64,000 nucleotides of DNA from Bacteroidota bacterium (GCA_947496065.1 CANMBF010000010.1:8433-72432); one strand, 5' to 3'; shown: positions 1 to 10,696, counted from the first letter of the stretch. Notes: generated by a model from the letters alone, not told the origin. Program-made: numbers and translations.

Positions 1-1316
1 ATGAGGTGGAGTTTGATGAAAAGTACTTGTTTGAGTGGTTTGAGGATTGATGGCGGTTGCACTTTACACGACAAACAATCTCAATGCTTTTGAGGCTTGC
101 GGCCGTGGTTTTTTGTTTGCTGCATGCTTCGACTTTCTATGATGCTCCTCTGGAGCATTGATGCGCGGTGATGAGCCTATGGTACTAAGATATCGCTCCT
201 CTGGAGCGAAGAAGGTTTCGCTTCTACGGCACTATTTACAAACAATCTCTATGCTTTTGCAGCTTGCGATAATGGTTTTTTGTTAGCTAAAGGCTTCGAC
301 TTTCTATGATGCTCCTCTGGAGCATTGATTCGCGGGGTGCTGATCTTGTTACTAAGATATAGCTCCTACGGAGCTAGGTGTGCGAGGTGGTGAATTTGCA
401 GCACTTTCGGTGATGCTAAGATATCGCTCCTCTAGAGCGAATGAGGTTTATACAAATTGATTATTTGTAGTAATAAAGTTTGTGGCAGATGCTTAAGAAT
501 TCTCCGTAGGAGAATAATCTCAGTACCTATAGGGATACTAACAAGCATCTTCGCTCCGTAGGAGCAATACCATCCATACTTATGTCGCTAGCAAAAAGGC
601 TAGGCTGTGATGTAAGCATATCCACTTCTAAAGCAATGTTGGCTTTAGCGAGGCTTCGACTTTCTATGATGCTCCTCTGGAGCATTGATGCGCGGTGATG
701 AGCCTATGGTACTAAGATATCGCTCCTCTGGAGCGAAGAAGGTTTCGCTTCTACGGCACTATTTACAAACAATCTCTATGCTTTTGCAGCTTGCGATAAT
801 GGTTTTTTGTTAGCTAAAGGCTTCGACTATTTATGATGCTCCTCTGGAGCATTGATGCGCGGTGATGAGCCTATGGTAATAAGATATCGCTCCTCTGGAG
901 CGAAGAAGGTTTCGCTTCTGCGGCACTATTTACAAACAATCTCTATGCTTTTGCAGCTTGCGATAATGGTTTTTTGTTAGCTAAAGGCTTCGACTTTCTA
1001 TGATGCTCCTCTGGAGCATTGATTCGCGGGGTGCTGATCTTGTTACTAAGATATAGCTCCTACGGAGCTAGGTGTGCGAGGTGGTGAATTTGCAGCACTT
1101 TCGATGATACTAGGATATCGCTCCTATGGAGCGAATGAGGTTTCACCAATTGATTCTTTGTAGTAACCTAAGCTTGTGGCAGATGCTTTAGGATTCTCCG
1201 TAGGAGAATAATCTCAGTAACACTAGGGATACCCCCAAACCTCTTCGCTCCGTAGGAGCGATACCATCCATACTTATGTTGTTAGCAAAACGGGTAGGCT
1301 GTGATGCAAACAAAAA
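1..1316. repeat. Tandem/segmental array of 167-bp hairpin-rich units (family A), truncated by the window edge
   Basis: GCTTCGAC unit starts at 126, 293, 653, 820 and 987. Layout is A(126-292) B(293-618) linker A(653-819) A(820-986) B(987-1311). 1-125 is a diverged preceding unit. Confidence 0.9.
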
Positions 1317-1320
1317 CTAG

Positions 1321-2676
1321 TCAACCAAGTTGACTAATCGTGAACCACTCAGCGGTTTGGATGCTGCGCCGCAAACGCCACTCGTTCGGAAAGAGGTTGT
1401 TGATGCGATTGCCTGCTAGTTTGCCTAAGCCTAAATTGACACCTTCGAACTGAAGACACACATAACCCTTGTTTTTACTTTGGTGAGGGATGGCGTTTTT
1501 GCCAAGGTAGCTGACGGCTTCTTGCATCTCGAGCGATTTGATTTCAAAGGCCTCGGTATTGCATAACCACGAAAAGGGTAGGTGGTCGGATGGCAAAATC
1601 AACTTGTCGTTTTTCTCGCATACCCTGTTGCCTATGCTGTAAATGTTCAAATGGTTTTGAAGTTGCTCTACTAATTCGAACACCCTTTCATTAAGCGCTA
1701 CCACATGGTCGCGGAATAGTATAAAGTTGCTTTCCTCTTTTATGAAAGCTTGATAAGCACTCGCGTCTTTTATTCTTTTTAAAGAATTCGTTTTTTTAGC
1801 TTCTTCATCAGCTTTTGTAGTACTTGTTTTTTGCAAAAGTGAAATAAAAAAACCTTCTCCTTTTATTTGATGCGGATAACATTGGTGTTGGCCTACGGTT
1901 TGTCTATTGAAATTAAATGCTACCGGCTCAAAGCCTTGAGCACAAAGGTTTTTTACTTGCAGTTCGTTTTCATTGGGGTTGTAGGTGCAGGTACTATAAA
2001 TTATAAAACCACCTGGTTTTAAGCAATGGGTAATTTGATCTACAATGCGTTTTTGTCTGAGTGAACACATCTCAGCATTGGCAGTGCTCCATTCATTCAC
2101 CGCATTCTCATCTTTGCGAAACAAACCTTCACCACTGCAAGGTGCATCAACAATTATCACATCAAATAATTCACCACAGAGCTCAAAGTCTTTGCTATCG
2201 GAATTGGTAATGATAATATTAGGGAAGCCCCACTTCGTTATGTTTTCATTTAAAATGGGTACACGTGTACGTATGACTTCATTGCTCACCAATACATCGT
2301 TCTCGCTGAGGAGTGAGGCAATATGCGTGCTTTTTCCTCCTGGGGCTGCGCATAAATCTAGTAAACTAAGTTGACCATTATTTAGTTCCTTTATTTTCTT
2401 AAAGGCTTGCTCTAATGCCATGCTACTGGCCTCTTGTACATAGTAAGCGCCAGCATGCCACAAAGGGTCGGCCACAAACAAAGGGCGTTCTTTTAAATAA
2501 TACCCCTGCTCAGCCCATATTACTTTTTCGAGTGTAAGTTCTTTGTTTAGTTTAGTTGGATTCAGTCGAATAGAAACAGGTGTTGCAGCATTTAAACTGT
2601 CTTCAAACATGGAAAATTCAACTGCCCCAAGTTGAGCTTGCATGCGCTGTTTAAAGTCGGGTGGAAGTTGAATCAT
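1321..2676 (-). CDS. rRNA (cytosine-C5)-methyltransferase, RsmB/RsmF (NOL1/NOP2/Sun) family
   Basis: 451-aa ORF. It has the SAM-site motif DLCAAPGGKS and the catalytic-Cys motifs DAPCSGEG and YSTCT typical of this family. Confidence 0.85.
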   Translation of the reverse strand: MIQLPPDFKQRMQAQLGAVEFSMFEDSLNAATPVSIRLNPTKLNKELTLEKVIWAEQGYYLKERPLFVADPLWHAGAYYVQEASSMALEQAFKKIKELNNGQLSLLDLCAAPGGKSTHIASLLSENDVLVSNEVIRTRVPILNENITKWGFPNIIITNSDSKDFELCGELFDVIIVDAPCSGEGLFRKDENAVNEWSTANAEMCSLRQKRIVDQITHCLKPGGFIIYSTCTYNPNENELQVKNLCAQGFEPVAFNFNRQTVGQHQCYPHQIKGEGFFISLLQKTSTTKADEEAKKTNSLKRIKDASAYQAFIKEESNFILFRDHVVALNERVFELVEQLQNHLNIYSIGNRVCEKNDKLILPSDHLPFSWLCNTEAFEIKSLEMQEAVSYLGKNAIPHQSKNKGYVCLQFEGVNLGLGKLAGNRINNLFPNEWRLRRSIQTAEWFTISQLG

Positions 2677-2682
2677 TTTTTA

Positions 2683-3555
2683 TTAACGGGATAATGTAAT
2701 GCCTGCCATGATCATCACCATACCTAAAATTTGTACCAAGCCAATGCTTTCACCAAAGTAGATGCCCCATCCATAGGCTACCACAGGTATTAAATAGGTA
2801 ACTGATGAAGCAAACAAAGCGGATGATTTTTTGACCAAGCGATTAAAAACAATGAGAGAAAAAGACGAACCAAAAACACCCAGTACAAATACTGCCATTA
2901 AGGGCTTAATTGCCTCAGGTGCAATTGCAGCTGTATAGGTATGCTGACTCAATCCTATAAAAAAGGCGGGAATGGCCACCAAAGTTAATGGTACCATGCT
3001 ATTGGCGTATACTGTTAAGTGACTCAATTTCGATTTGATGACATTCACATTGATGCCATAAAGCAAAGCTGCCAATATTACTTTTAAGCAAGGTCTAACA
3101 TAGTCCATGTGAAACGAAAAGCCAATTGCATTAGGATTCTTAAAAATTAAAATAAGCGCTCCGCAAAGACCGATACCAATGCCAATGATATGTTTTATTT
3201 TGATATCTACTTTAAAGATAATGACACCAAAAATTAAAGTCGACATAGGAGTCAAAGCATTCAACGCACCGGATAAGGAGCTCGGAATTTCTTTAGCCGC
3301 TTGGGCAAATAAATAGGCAGGTATTAAGTTGCCAATGGTGCCCGATAATGCTAATAATAACCAATCGGATGTTTTGAGTTTTTTATAAATACCAACAAAG
3401 AAAAAAACAGCCACACTGCCTGCAAAAACAAGTCTTAATGAAGCCAATTGTAACGGTGTGAATCCGCCTATGCCAATTTTCATTAGAATGAAGGAACTCC
3501 CCCAAACAAAACCAAGAAATAAAATAATGAGGAGTGTTTTAAAGTCAATTTTCAC
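2683..3555 (-). CDS. EamA/DMT-family membrane transporter
   Basis: 290 aa, about 10 hydrophobic helices in a two-fold repeat arrangement typical of EamA permeases. Confidence 0.7.
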   Translation of the reverse strand: MKIDFKTLLIILFLGFVWGSSFILMKIGIGGFTPLQLASLRLVFAGSVAVFFFVGIYKKLKTSDWLLLALSGTIGNLIPAYLFAQAAKEIPSSLSGALNALTPMSTLIFGVIIFKVDIKIKHIIGIGIGLCGALILIFKNPNAIGFSFHMDYVRPCLKVILAALLYGINVNVIKSKLSHLTVYANSMVPLTLVAIPAFFIGLSQHTYTAAIAPEAIKPLMAVFVLGVFGSSFSLIVFNRLVKKSSALFASSVTYLIPVVAYGWGIYFGESIGLVQILGMVMIMAGITLSR

Positions 3556-3636
3556 GGAACGAAGGTAATACCAATTAATAACAATCTATCGCAATCAAAA
3601 GCTTAGTTGGTCACAATATAGTAATATTTTGACACC

Positions 3637-4845
3637 TTATTTTTCTTCAATATGTTTCAAAATAATTCTAAAAGTGGTGCGTTTATTAGGAATGCTTTCT
3701 TTTACATAAATATGGCCTTTGTGGTAGTTTTCGACTATGCGTTTAACCAGCGATAAGCCCAATCCCCAACCCCTTTGTTTGGTGGTGAAGCCGGGTTTGA
3801 ATACACGTTTAAACAATGCTTTTGGCATGCCTTTGCCAGTGTCCGAAATATCGATGACCACCACCTTGTTTCGTTGGCGAATGTGAAAACTGATGGTGCC
3901 TTTTCCATCCATGGCATCGATGGCATTTTTGCATAAATTTTCGATCACCCATTCGAACAATGGAATATTTAAAATAGCGGTGCAAGTTTCATTCGGTTCT
4001 TTGAAATCGTAAATCACAGTATCAGCACTTCTTATTTGCATATATTGAATAGCATTTTCTAATACTTGCGCAACATCATGTATTTTTAAAATGGGTCGTG
4101 AACCAATTTTGGAGAATCGATCGGTGATAACTTTTAAACGGTCCAAATCTTTTCGCATTTCGGTATAAGTTTCAGGATTGGCATGCGATGGATCCAATTC
4201 CATTAAATCTACCCAGGCCATTAACGAGCTCATTGGGGTGCCCAGTTGGTGAGCAGTTTCGCGTGCAAGGCCCACCCATACTTGGTTTTGCTCCGACTTG
4301 CGACTGTAACTAAAAGCAAAATAACTCACCACGATAAATAAACCCACAATGCCCAACTGATAAAAGGGATAACGCTTCAATTGTTTGAGGGTGGTTGAGT
4401 CATCGTAATAGACATATTGGTAATCGTTGTCAGCAATTTTTATTTTAATGGGTTCGTTTTTTGTTTTGATAGACTCATAATAGGCGTTCAGTGTCTTCTC
4501 GTTTTTACTCGCGCTACTATCTATATTGCGATGATTTAATATACCTGTGGCATCAGTTAAAATAACTGGAATGGTGGTATTCGACTCAATAATTTTGAGA
4601 TAAATATTCAACTCGTCAATTGAATCGGCTTTGTTAATCATTTCATAAGCCTCGGCCCACTGACTGATTTTTTTGCGTTCTTCGAGCGATAGTTTTTTGA
4701 CCATTGTATTGGTGTAATACAAGGAGAATAGGCCAATGGCAAGTGCCATTAAGAGCAGCGTAAACTTAAGGTATTGCTTTAAACTATAGTTATTAAATAG
4801 CGACATGAACATTTGATAAACATTCAAAAATAACGCAATAATCAT
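3637..4845 (-). CDS. Sensor histidine kinase
   Basis: H-box HQLGTPMSSL, and ATP-binding motifs DTGKGMP and GWGLGLS. The N-terminus has TM helices. The ORF-track start at 4956 overlaps the divergent gene, so ATG 4845 (or 4812) is preferred. Confidence 0.8.
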   Translation of the reverse strand: MIIALFLNVYQMFMSLFNNYSLKQYLKFTLLLMALAIGLFSLYYTNTMVKKLSLEERKKISQWAEAYEMINKADSIDELNIYLKIIESNTTIPVILTDATGILNHRNIDSSASKNEKTLNAYYESIKTKNEPIKIKIADNDYQYVYYDDSTTLKQLKRYPFYQLGIVGLFIVVSYFAFSYSRKSEQNQVWVGLARETAHQLGTPMSSLMAWVDLMELDPSHANPETYTEMRKDLDRLKVITDRFSKIGSRPILKIHDVAQVLENAIQYMQIRSADTVIYDFKEPNETCTAILNIPLFEWVIENLCKNAIDAMDGKGTISFHIRQRNKVVVIDISDTGKGMPKALFKRVFKPGFTTKQRGWGLGLSLVKRIVENYHKGHIYVKESIPNKRTTFRIILKHIEEK

Positions 4846-4869
4846 TAATTTTAGTATTTTCGCTTCGCA

Positions 4870-5613
4870 ATGAAAATTTCTTTCGAAGTTAATGGTGTTA
4901 ATTACGCCTTTCAAACCAATCAGTTTTTTGATATCTCGTTGGGAATCAAAAAACAAAACAATGTCAATTGTTACTATTTAGAGGATCCTGCTTTCTCCTA
5001 TTTTGAAAATGAATATTTTATAGGTTCACTCAAAAAGGGTGGTAGTGTGAATTGCGAAAAAATGAGTTTTTATGCCCATGCAAGCGGTACCCATACAGAA
5101 TGTGCTTTGCATGTATTACCAGCAGATTTTACCATGCTTGATGTACAAGTACCTGTTGTGCAATTGGCGAAAATAATTACAATTCAACCCAAAAAAGTAG
5201 GCGATGATTTTGTAATCGATGAAGCTGTTTTATCCGAAATTAAAAATGAGGAACAGGCCACTGCTTTGGTGGTAAGAACATTGCCTAATCAAGATGATAA
5301 ACTAACTTTTCAATATGCCGGCACCAACCCACCATTCTTTACTGTAGATGGTATTCGTAAAATTAAAGACCTAGGGTTTAAACATTTATTAACCGATTTG
5401 CCAAGCATCGATAAGGAACAAGATGATGGTTTGTTAGCGGCTCATAAGCAATGGTTTTTAACCAACCATGTGCCCGACATAGAACGCACCATTACTGAAT
5501 TTATTTATGTAGAAAAAAACATACCAGATGGTATGTTTGGTTTGGCCATTCGCTTGCCTAAAATCGAAACAGATGCAGTGCCTTCTTCTGTATTAATCTA
5601 TCCATGTCAATAA
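4870..5613 (+). CDS. Putative cyclase / arylformamidase-like protein
   Basis: HASGTHTECALH resembles the HxGTHxDxPxH metal motif of the putative cyclase family. Overlaps the next ORF by 10 nt. Confidence 0.5.
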   Translation: MKISFEVNGVNYAFQTNQFFDISLGIKKQNNVNCYYLEDPAFSYFENEYFIGSLKKGGSVNCEKMSFYAHASGTHTECALHVLPADFTMLDVQVPVVQLAKIITIQPKKVGDDFVIDEAVLSEIKNEEQATALVVRTLPNQDDKLTFQYAGTNPPFFTVDGIRKIKDLGFKHLLTDLPSIDKEQDDGLLAAHKQWFLTNHVPDIERTITEFIYVEKNIPDGMFGLAIRLPKIETDAVPSSVLIYPCQ

Positions 5614-6641
5614 AATTGCCAAGTTCGGAACAATTTTTATTCGCAGCCAATGTGCTGGCGAACCGTTTGTTTTTTAAACAAGGGTTCAATGCGGGAATAC
5701 AAACCATATTGGTTGTAAAGTGGGACGAGATAGGCGACATGGCCACTGCCACCAATGTATTTGAATTGCTAAGAACCAGTTATCCGCAAGCTAAAATTAC
5801 CGTTTTATGCAAACCTTTTGTAAAAAGTTTAATTGAACACGATGCACATATTGATGAAATCATAACAGCTATTGAAGCCTACAATAAATCGTATCAATTG
5901 GTAGTAGAACTGCGTGGTACTTGGTCGACCTTGTTTAAATCGTTTTTTAATAAAGCAAAATACCGCGTGGGGAGGGCCGAAGTAAGAGTGGCCAACCGTG
6001 GCAAGCAGTTGCACGAAATAGCCACCAACGCAGCAGTTGTTGCACCCATGGTTTTGTCATTAAATACTGCGATAAAACCGCGTTTGTACTTTAATGCCAA
6101 GGAAGCAAAAAATGTGAATGCTTTCATTGCAGAAAATCAAATAAACAAGTTTGCCATTTTGCATGTAGGCGCAAGACGGATTTTAAGACAATGGCCCTTG
6201 GAACGCTTTGCGCAAATTGCCAATTTTTTACACATACAATATCAACTCGAAATAATTTTTGCGGGTACCAACGCGGATGAACCACAGATTCGAATTGTCA
6301 AAGAATTGTTAAATTTTAAAAGTTTTTCATTTACCAATGGCTTCTCACTTTCTGAATTTTCTTGCTTGTGTAGCAAAGCCAATTTTTATGTTGGCAACGA
6401 AAGCGGACCCTTGCACATAGCGTCAGCATTCGATGTGCCCTTGCTGGGTTTATACGGCCCAGGTGTGCCCAATGTGTTCTATCCGATGGGTGAAAACAGC
6501 AAGGTTTTACACCATGTATTGGCCTGTAATCCATGCAATCAGTTGGATTGTGTTGAGCCTGAAAGTCCTTGTATTACAAGAATTCAAGTGCTTGATGCCG
6601 AGCTTGCCATTGCTGAATTGATGGAAAGAATAAATTTGTAA
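5604..6641 (+). CDS. Glycosyltransferase family 9 (heptosyltransferase-like)
   Basis: C-terminal GNESGPLHIASAFDVPLLGLYGP motif and N-terminal GD-containing Rossmann segment typical of GT9. Confidence 0.75.
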   Translation: MSIKLPSSEQFLFAANVLANRLFFKQGFNAGIQTILVVKWDEIGDMATATNVFELLRTSYPQAKITVLCKPFVKSLIEHDAHIDEIITAIEAYNKSYQLVVELRGTWSTLFKSFFNKAKYRVGRAEVRVANRGKQLHEIATNAAVVAPMVLSLNTAIKPRLYFNAKEAKNVNAFIAENQINKFAILHVGARRILRQWPLERFAQIANFLHIQYQLEIIFAGTNADEPQIRIVKELLNFKSFSFTNGFSLSEFSCLCSKANFYVGNESGPLHIASAFDVPLLGLYGPGVPNVFYPMGENSKVLHHVLACNPCNQLDCVEPESPCITRIQVLDAELAIAELMERINL

Positions 6642-6682
6642 TTTCACAATATTATTCTACATTCGTTATAAAATATTTTGAT

Positions 6683-9403
6683 ATGCTTAAAAATGCACTC
6701 TTTTTTATCTTGTTTCTTTTGTTTTCAAATGTAGCCTTCAGTCAATTGATAGGTACCACCCATAAAATTATTGATACCAAAAGCAAGATGAATTACAACC
6801 TACAAACTGGTGGTGTAAAACGCAGTGTTCAAAATCCGCAGCAATGCGATAACGATACCATTGAATATCCGCGTTACAAAGGTTCTGCCTACTTTGTTAT
6901 CACTGTGTCAAAAGGACGAAGTTTAGGTCAGTTGTATTCAACACCAAAGCCACTTACTTTAAGTGGATTTTCTTTTTATGCCTTTGTTTCGAGTCCACCC
7001 ACTAAGAAAAAAATGAACTTGATTTGCAATGTTTACAAAGCAGGTAAAGATAGTTTGCCAAAGGGTTCGCCTTTGAGAAGTGATACAATCACCATCGACT
7101 CCGTGTTTGCTGGTGGGGTGCTTGCAAAAATAGAAAAACATGCTTCGTTTACTCCGATTGTATTAGACAGTGCGTATATTTTAACAGTAGAAACAGATAG
7201 TGCAAGCTTGAATGCAGGTATTGTTACCAATAGTTATTCAGCTGGTGATGGCAAAAAAGAGAATTTAAATTGTGGCTCTATTAGCGGTCAATGGTACAAT
7301 GGTAAGAATTTGAATATTGGTGGTGTTTCATTCAATGCAGATATTTTATTACATCCACATGTGAGCTATAAATTTGCAACCGATTATGCAATCAAGACGC
7401 AATGTTATAATTTAATTGACACTGTAAAATTCATCAATGCCGCCAACAGCAGTATGTTGGGTAGCAGGATGTATAATCGCTATTTATTATACAATCTTGG
7501 ATACTACTGTAATTGGTGGAATGCAGGTAATAATTTTGGGTATACTTATTCTGTCGATCACAAAGTAAAATACAGCGTAAAACAAAATTACAAAGTACAA
7601 TTGATCTCTACAGTATATGGTTACCGAGGCATGGAATATGGCTGTCCGGATACAACGGGAAAATGGTTGTATTATAAACCTGATTTTCCTTCGGTAAGCG
7701 GTCCTTTGAATGCTTGTATTGGCGATGCCGTAACACATAAAGTATCGAATGCCGATACGGGTGCTGTTTATGAATGGTATAAGAAAGTGAACGATCCAAC
7801 CCCGTTTTACAAAGGTACCACCTTGGTAAGGACTGGCATTACTGCAACCGATACTGTTTATGTGAGAGGCAATAACCATGGTTGTGTAACCGGTCGTAGA
7901 GACGTTGTTTTAAATGTGAATGCATATCCAACGACTTTGAGCGCATTGAATGATTCAATCTGTTCTGGATCGAAAGCCAACCTCAAAGGGTTTACCAATA
8001 TTGGTACTATCGAGTGGTTTCAAACAGCGAATTCAGCGAGCATTTTATTTAAAGGGCCTGTTTATCAAACCCCTGTTTTAACACGCGATACGTTCTTCTT
8101 TATTCAATCCAATAATGTGGGCTGTATCAAAGGACCGCGTATTCAAGTTAGTGCATTGGTAGGGTCAAGCTTTGCACCAAGCGCTCCAACCCTTACAAAA
8201 GATACTACTATTTGCTTAGCCAGTACTTCAGTATTGCAATTGAATGCCAATGCAGGTTCTGGTCTCACCATTCGTTGGTTCAGTGCAGCATCGGGCGGCA
8301 GCAGTATTACGACTGGACCTGTGTTTTATTTTTCACCTACCAAAAGAGAAGTTAAATCCTTTTATGCCGATGCCTACAATGGTATTTGTGGTAGCAGCCG
8401 CGAGCCTGTTGAGGTAACTGTTGAAGACTATCCGCGGATTTCTAAAATAATAACAGATACCATCTGCAAAGGCGATTCATTGCGTTTAAGTGTTGTGCTT
8501 CCATTTGGTGAAGCCCATTGGTACGACGCAGCGAATGCAGGCAATTTGTTAATAGATGGTTTAAACTATAATGTGAAGGCTGCTGCAACCGCCAACTATT
8601 ATGTTGAAACCAAAAGCAGCATTTGCAAGAGCACCAGTCGCACCACGATTAAAGGTTTAGTAAATACGTATCCTACAGTTGTAAAACTTTGGGGCGATAG
8701 TATTTGTGCAAAGAACAAAGCAACCTTAAAAAGTAAATTGATAGGTCCTGGTACCATTCATTGGTACGAATACGATACATCTTCAGTTGAATTAGGAAAA
8801 GGTGCCACCTATCAAACAGGGGTTTTGAATGGGGGTAAATCTTTTTATGGACAGCCAGAATATGCAGGTTGTTATGGTCCTAAGCAATTGTTGGTGCCAT
8901 TGGTGAAACCTTCGCCATTTAGCGGATTTAATTACGATATACTCACCAACCAAAGTGTCAAAGTTTCTCCAATCAATGCAGGTGGTTGTTCGGTGTTATG
9001 GAATTTTGGTGATGGTATTAAAAGTACTAACGCTGCCGTTACCCACAAATACATCAATGCGGGCACTTATAAGTTGAAATTAATTTTAACCAGTTTGTTA
9101 AACGGCTGTAAAGATTCTACAGAATACACAGTTGTAGTAGCAGCCAGTGGTATAAAAATAGTGCAAACCTTGCCTGTCTTGAATGTGTATCCAAATCCTG
9201 CCCTACAATATTTGAACATGGCTTTGCCAAATAGTAATGGCTCTGTATTCGCCAATGTATACAGTTTAAGTGGTGTGTTGGTGACCTCACAAAATCTCAT
9301 GGTGGAAAATCAAAAGGCCCAGTTAGAGGTAGCACAATTACCTGCTGGTATTTATATTTTAAAAATCGACGGTTATAGAACGGTGTTGTTTACCAAGGAA
9401 TAG
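6683..9403 (+). CDS. Large secreted protein with repeated Ig-like/PKD modules and a T9SS type A C-terminal sorting domain
   Basis: Signal peptide. Repeated Cys-containing modules of about 80 aa. A PKD-like WNFGDG segment. The C-terminus LNVYPNPA...GIYILKI...  is typical of Por secretion tails. Confidence 0.7.
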   Translation: MLKNALFFILFLLFSNVAFSQLIGTTHKIIDTKSKMNYNLQTGGVKRSVQNPQQCDNDTIEYPRYKGSAYFVITVSKGRSLGQLYSTPKPLTLSGFSFYAFVSSPPTKKKMNLICNVYKAGKDSLPKGSPLRSDTITIDSVFAGGVLAKIEKHASFTPIVLDSAYILTVETDSASLNAGIVTNSYSAGDGKKENLNCGSISGQWYNGKNLNIGGVSFNADILLHPHVSYKFATDYAIKTQCYNLIDTVKFINAANSSMLGSRMYNRYLLYNLGYYCNWWNAGNNFGYTYSVDHKVKYSVKQNYKVQLISTVYGYRGMEYGCPDTTGKWLYYKPDFPSVSGPLNACIGDAVTHKVSNADTGAVYEWYKKVNDPTPFYKGTTLVRTGITATDTVYVRGNNHGCVTGRRDVVLNVNAYPTTLSALNDSICSGSKANLKGFTNIGTIEWFQTANSASILFKGPVYQTPVLTRDTFFFIQSNNVGCIKGPRIQVSALVGSSFAPSAPTLTKDTTICLASTSVLQLNANAGSGLTIRWFSAASGGSSITTGPVFYFSPTKREVKSFYADAYNGICGSSREPVEVTVEDYPRISKIITDTICKGDSLRLSVVLPFGEAHWYDAANAGNLLIDGLNYNVKAAATANYYVETKSSICKSTSRTTIKGLVNTYPTVVKLWGDSICAKNKATLKSKLIGPGTIHWYEYDTSSVELGKGATYQTGVLNGGKSFYGQPEYAGCYGPKQLLVPLVKPSPFSGFNYDILTNQSVKVSPINAGGCSVLWNFGDGIKSTNAAVTHKYINAGTYKLKLILTSLLNGCKDSTEYTVVVAASGIKIVQTLPVLNVYPNPALQYLNMALPNSNGSVFANVYSLSGVLVTSQNLMVENQKAQLEVAQLPAGIYILKIDGYRTVLFTKE

Positions 9404-9406
9404 AGC

Positions 9407-9964
9407 ATGCGTTACCATCTGGGGTTCTTGATTTTTTTTCTTTTTACAGCAAGTTCGGCACTTGCACAAGTAGAAGTTTTTAGAGGTGCAAGCAGCGATA
9501 CCGCTACCTATATTGCGCCTGAAGATACCATTACACGCGCCCCTTCTTTTGGGAACAATTCAGATGATTTTTACCGGTACATTGAGAACCATTACAACAC
9601 GCGCATCAATGGACAGTATTTAAGTTTCTATGCTGACAATGTGCGCTTCTCTTTTTATGTAGAGCGCAATGGAAAGTTAAGCGATTTTGAAATACTGAGC
9701 GCCTCGCATCAAATGTTGGCCAGCGAGGTAATTGACATTGTAAGCCGAATGCCTGAGTGGACCCCTGGTAAACAAGAAGGGAAAAAGAAACGCACTTTAA
9801 TGATTTACGATATCAATATTCAATTGGTAGAAGATATTCCCAATGTATTGGTGACCAAAAATGGTTTTCAATTGGAGTACAGCAATAAACACAAAAGTTT
9901 AAAATGGTTTTTACTTGGGGGTTCCGTTATTGCTATGCTAGCCTTGTGGATTAACTCACAATAG
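9407..9964 (+). CDS. Hypothetical secreted/membrane-anchored protein, possibly with a TonB-C-like domain
   Basis: Signal peptide and a C-terminal TM helix. The middle region loosely resembles TonB C-terminal domains. The start lies 4 nt after the upstream stop. Confidence 0.35.
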   Translation: MRYHLGFLIFFLFTASSALAQVEVFRGASSDTATYIAPEDTITRAPSFGNNSDDFYRYIENHYNTRINGQYLSFYADNVRFSFYVERNGKLSDFEILSASHQMLASEVIDIVSRMPEWTPGKQEGKKKRTLMIYDINIQLVEDIPNVLVTKNGFQLEYSNKHKSLKWFLLGGSVIAMLALWINSQ

Positions 9965-10696
9965 TTAGCCTTCTAGCTGGTCGTATTTCTCCAACAGTTT
10001 CACCATTACCGCAAAATCATCTGGATAGGGCGCAGTAATACTGATATCGCCCTTCGCCATACTGTTAAATTGAATATTATAGGCATGCAAGGCCACACGT
10101 TTCATCATGGCTTTTTTCTCTTCATCCTTGCCCAAATGCACTTTCTTTTTTACTTCATTCAAGTAGGGAATTTTACCGCCATATAATTCATCGCATACCA
10201 AAGGTAAATTTTGAGAAGCGGCATGCACCCTTATTTGGTGTAAGCGTCCTGTATGTGGCTTGCAACTGAGGATGGTAAAATGTTTATACTGTTTAAAAGT
10301 AGTAATAGTGGTCAACGATTCTTTGCCTTTTGCTTTCGATACTTGTGTGCGCCTTTTGCTATCGGTATACAAAGGTAAATCGATGTTTAAATGATCGAGA
10401 CTAACCGAGGCAGATACAATGGCGTGGTATTCTTTTTGAACCGTGCGCTTCTCGAATTGCATAGCAATGTGTCGATACGATTCGGCATTTTTTGAAATTA
10501 AAAGGACACCCGACGTTTCTCTATCGATGCGGTGACAGAGGCTATAGTTTTCGTTCTCGGCTTTCACCAATTGGATAATGGAATCTTGCTCGGAGTCGAA
10601 GCGCTCGTGGAGCGATGAGATATGGGCAGGCTTGTTGATGGCCAACACCGACTCGTCTTCGTAGATAATGATATCCTTTAATCTTAATTTTTTCAA
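9965..10696 (-). CDS. RluA-family pseudouridine synthase
   Basis: Catalytic HRIDRETSGVLL motif and the family's HQIRVH motif. Confidence 0.85.
   Translation of the reverse strand: MKKLRLKDIIIYEDESVLAINKPAHISSLHERFDSEQDSIIQLVKAENENYSLCHRIDRETSGVLLISKNAESYRHIAMQFEKRTVQKEYHAIVSASVSLDHLNIDLPLYTDSKRRTQVSKAKGKESLTTITTFKQYKHFTILSCKPHTGRLHQIRVHAASQNLPLVCDELYGGKIPYLNEVKKKVHLGKDEEKKAMMKRVALHAYNIQFNSMAKGDISITAPYPDDFAVMVKLLEKYDQLEG

Noticed and set aside
1-1320. CRISPR-like geometry: hairpin repeats of about 15-17 bp separated by about 35 bp. The same geometry appears at 22.5 kb and 52.0 kb.
   Set aside because: The intervening sequences are themselves repeated between units, so they are not unique spacers. 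The hairpin sequences vary within an array. The repeats are shorter than CRISPR repeats, and no cas genes are present in the window.
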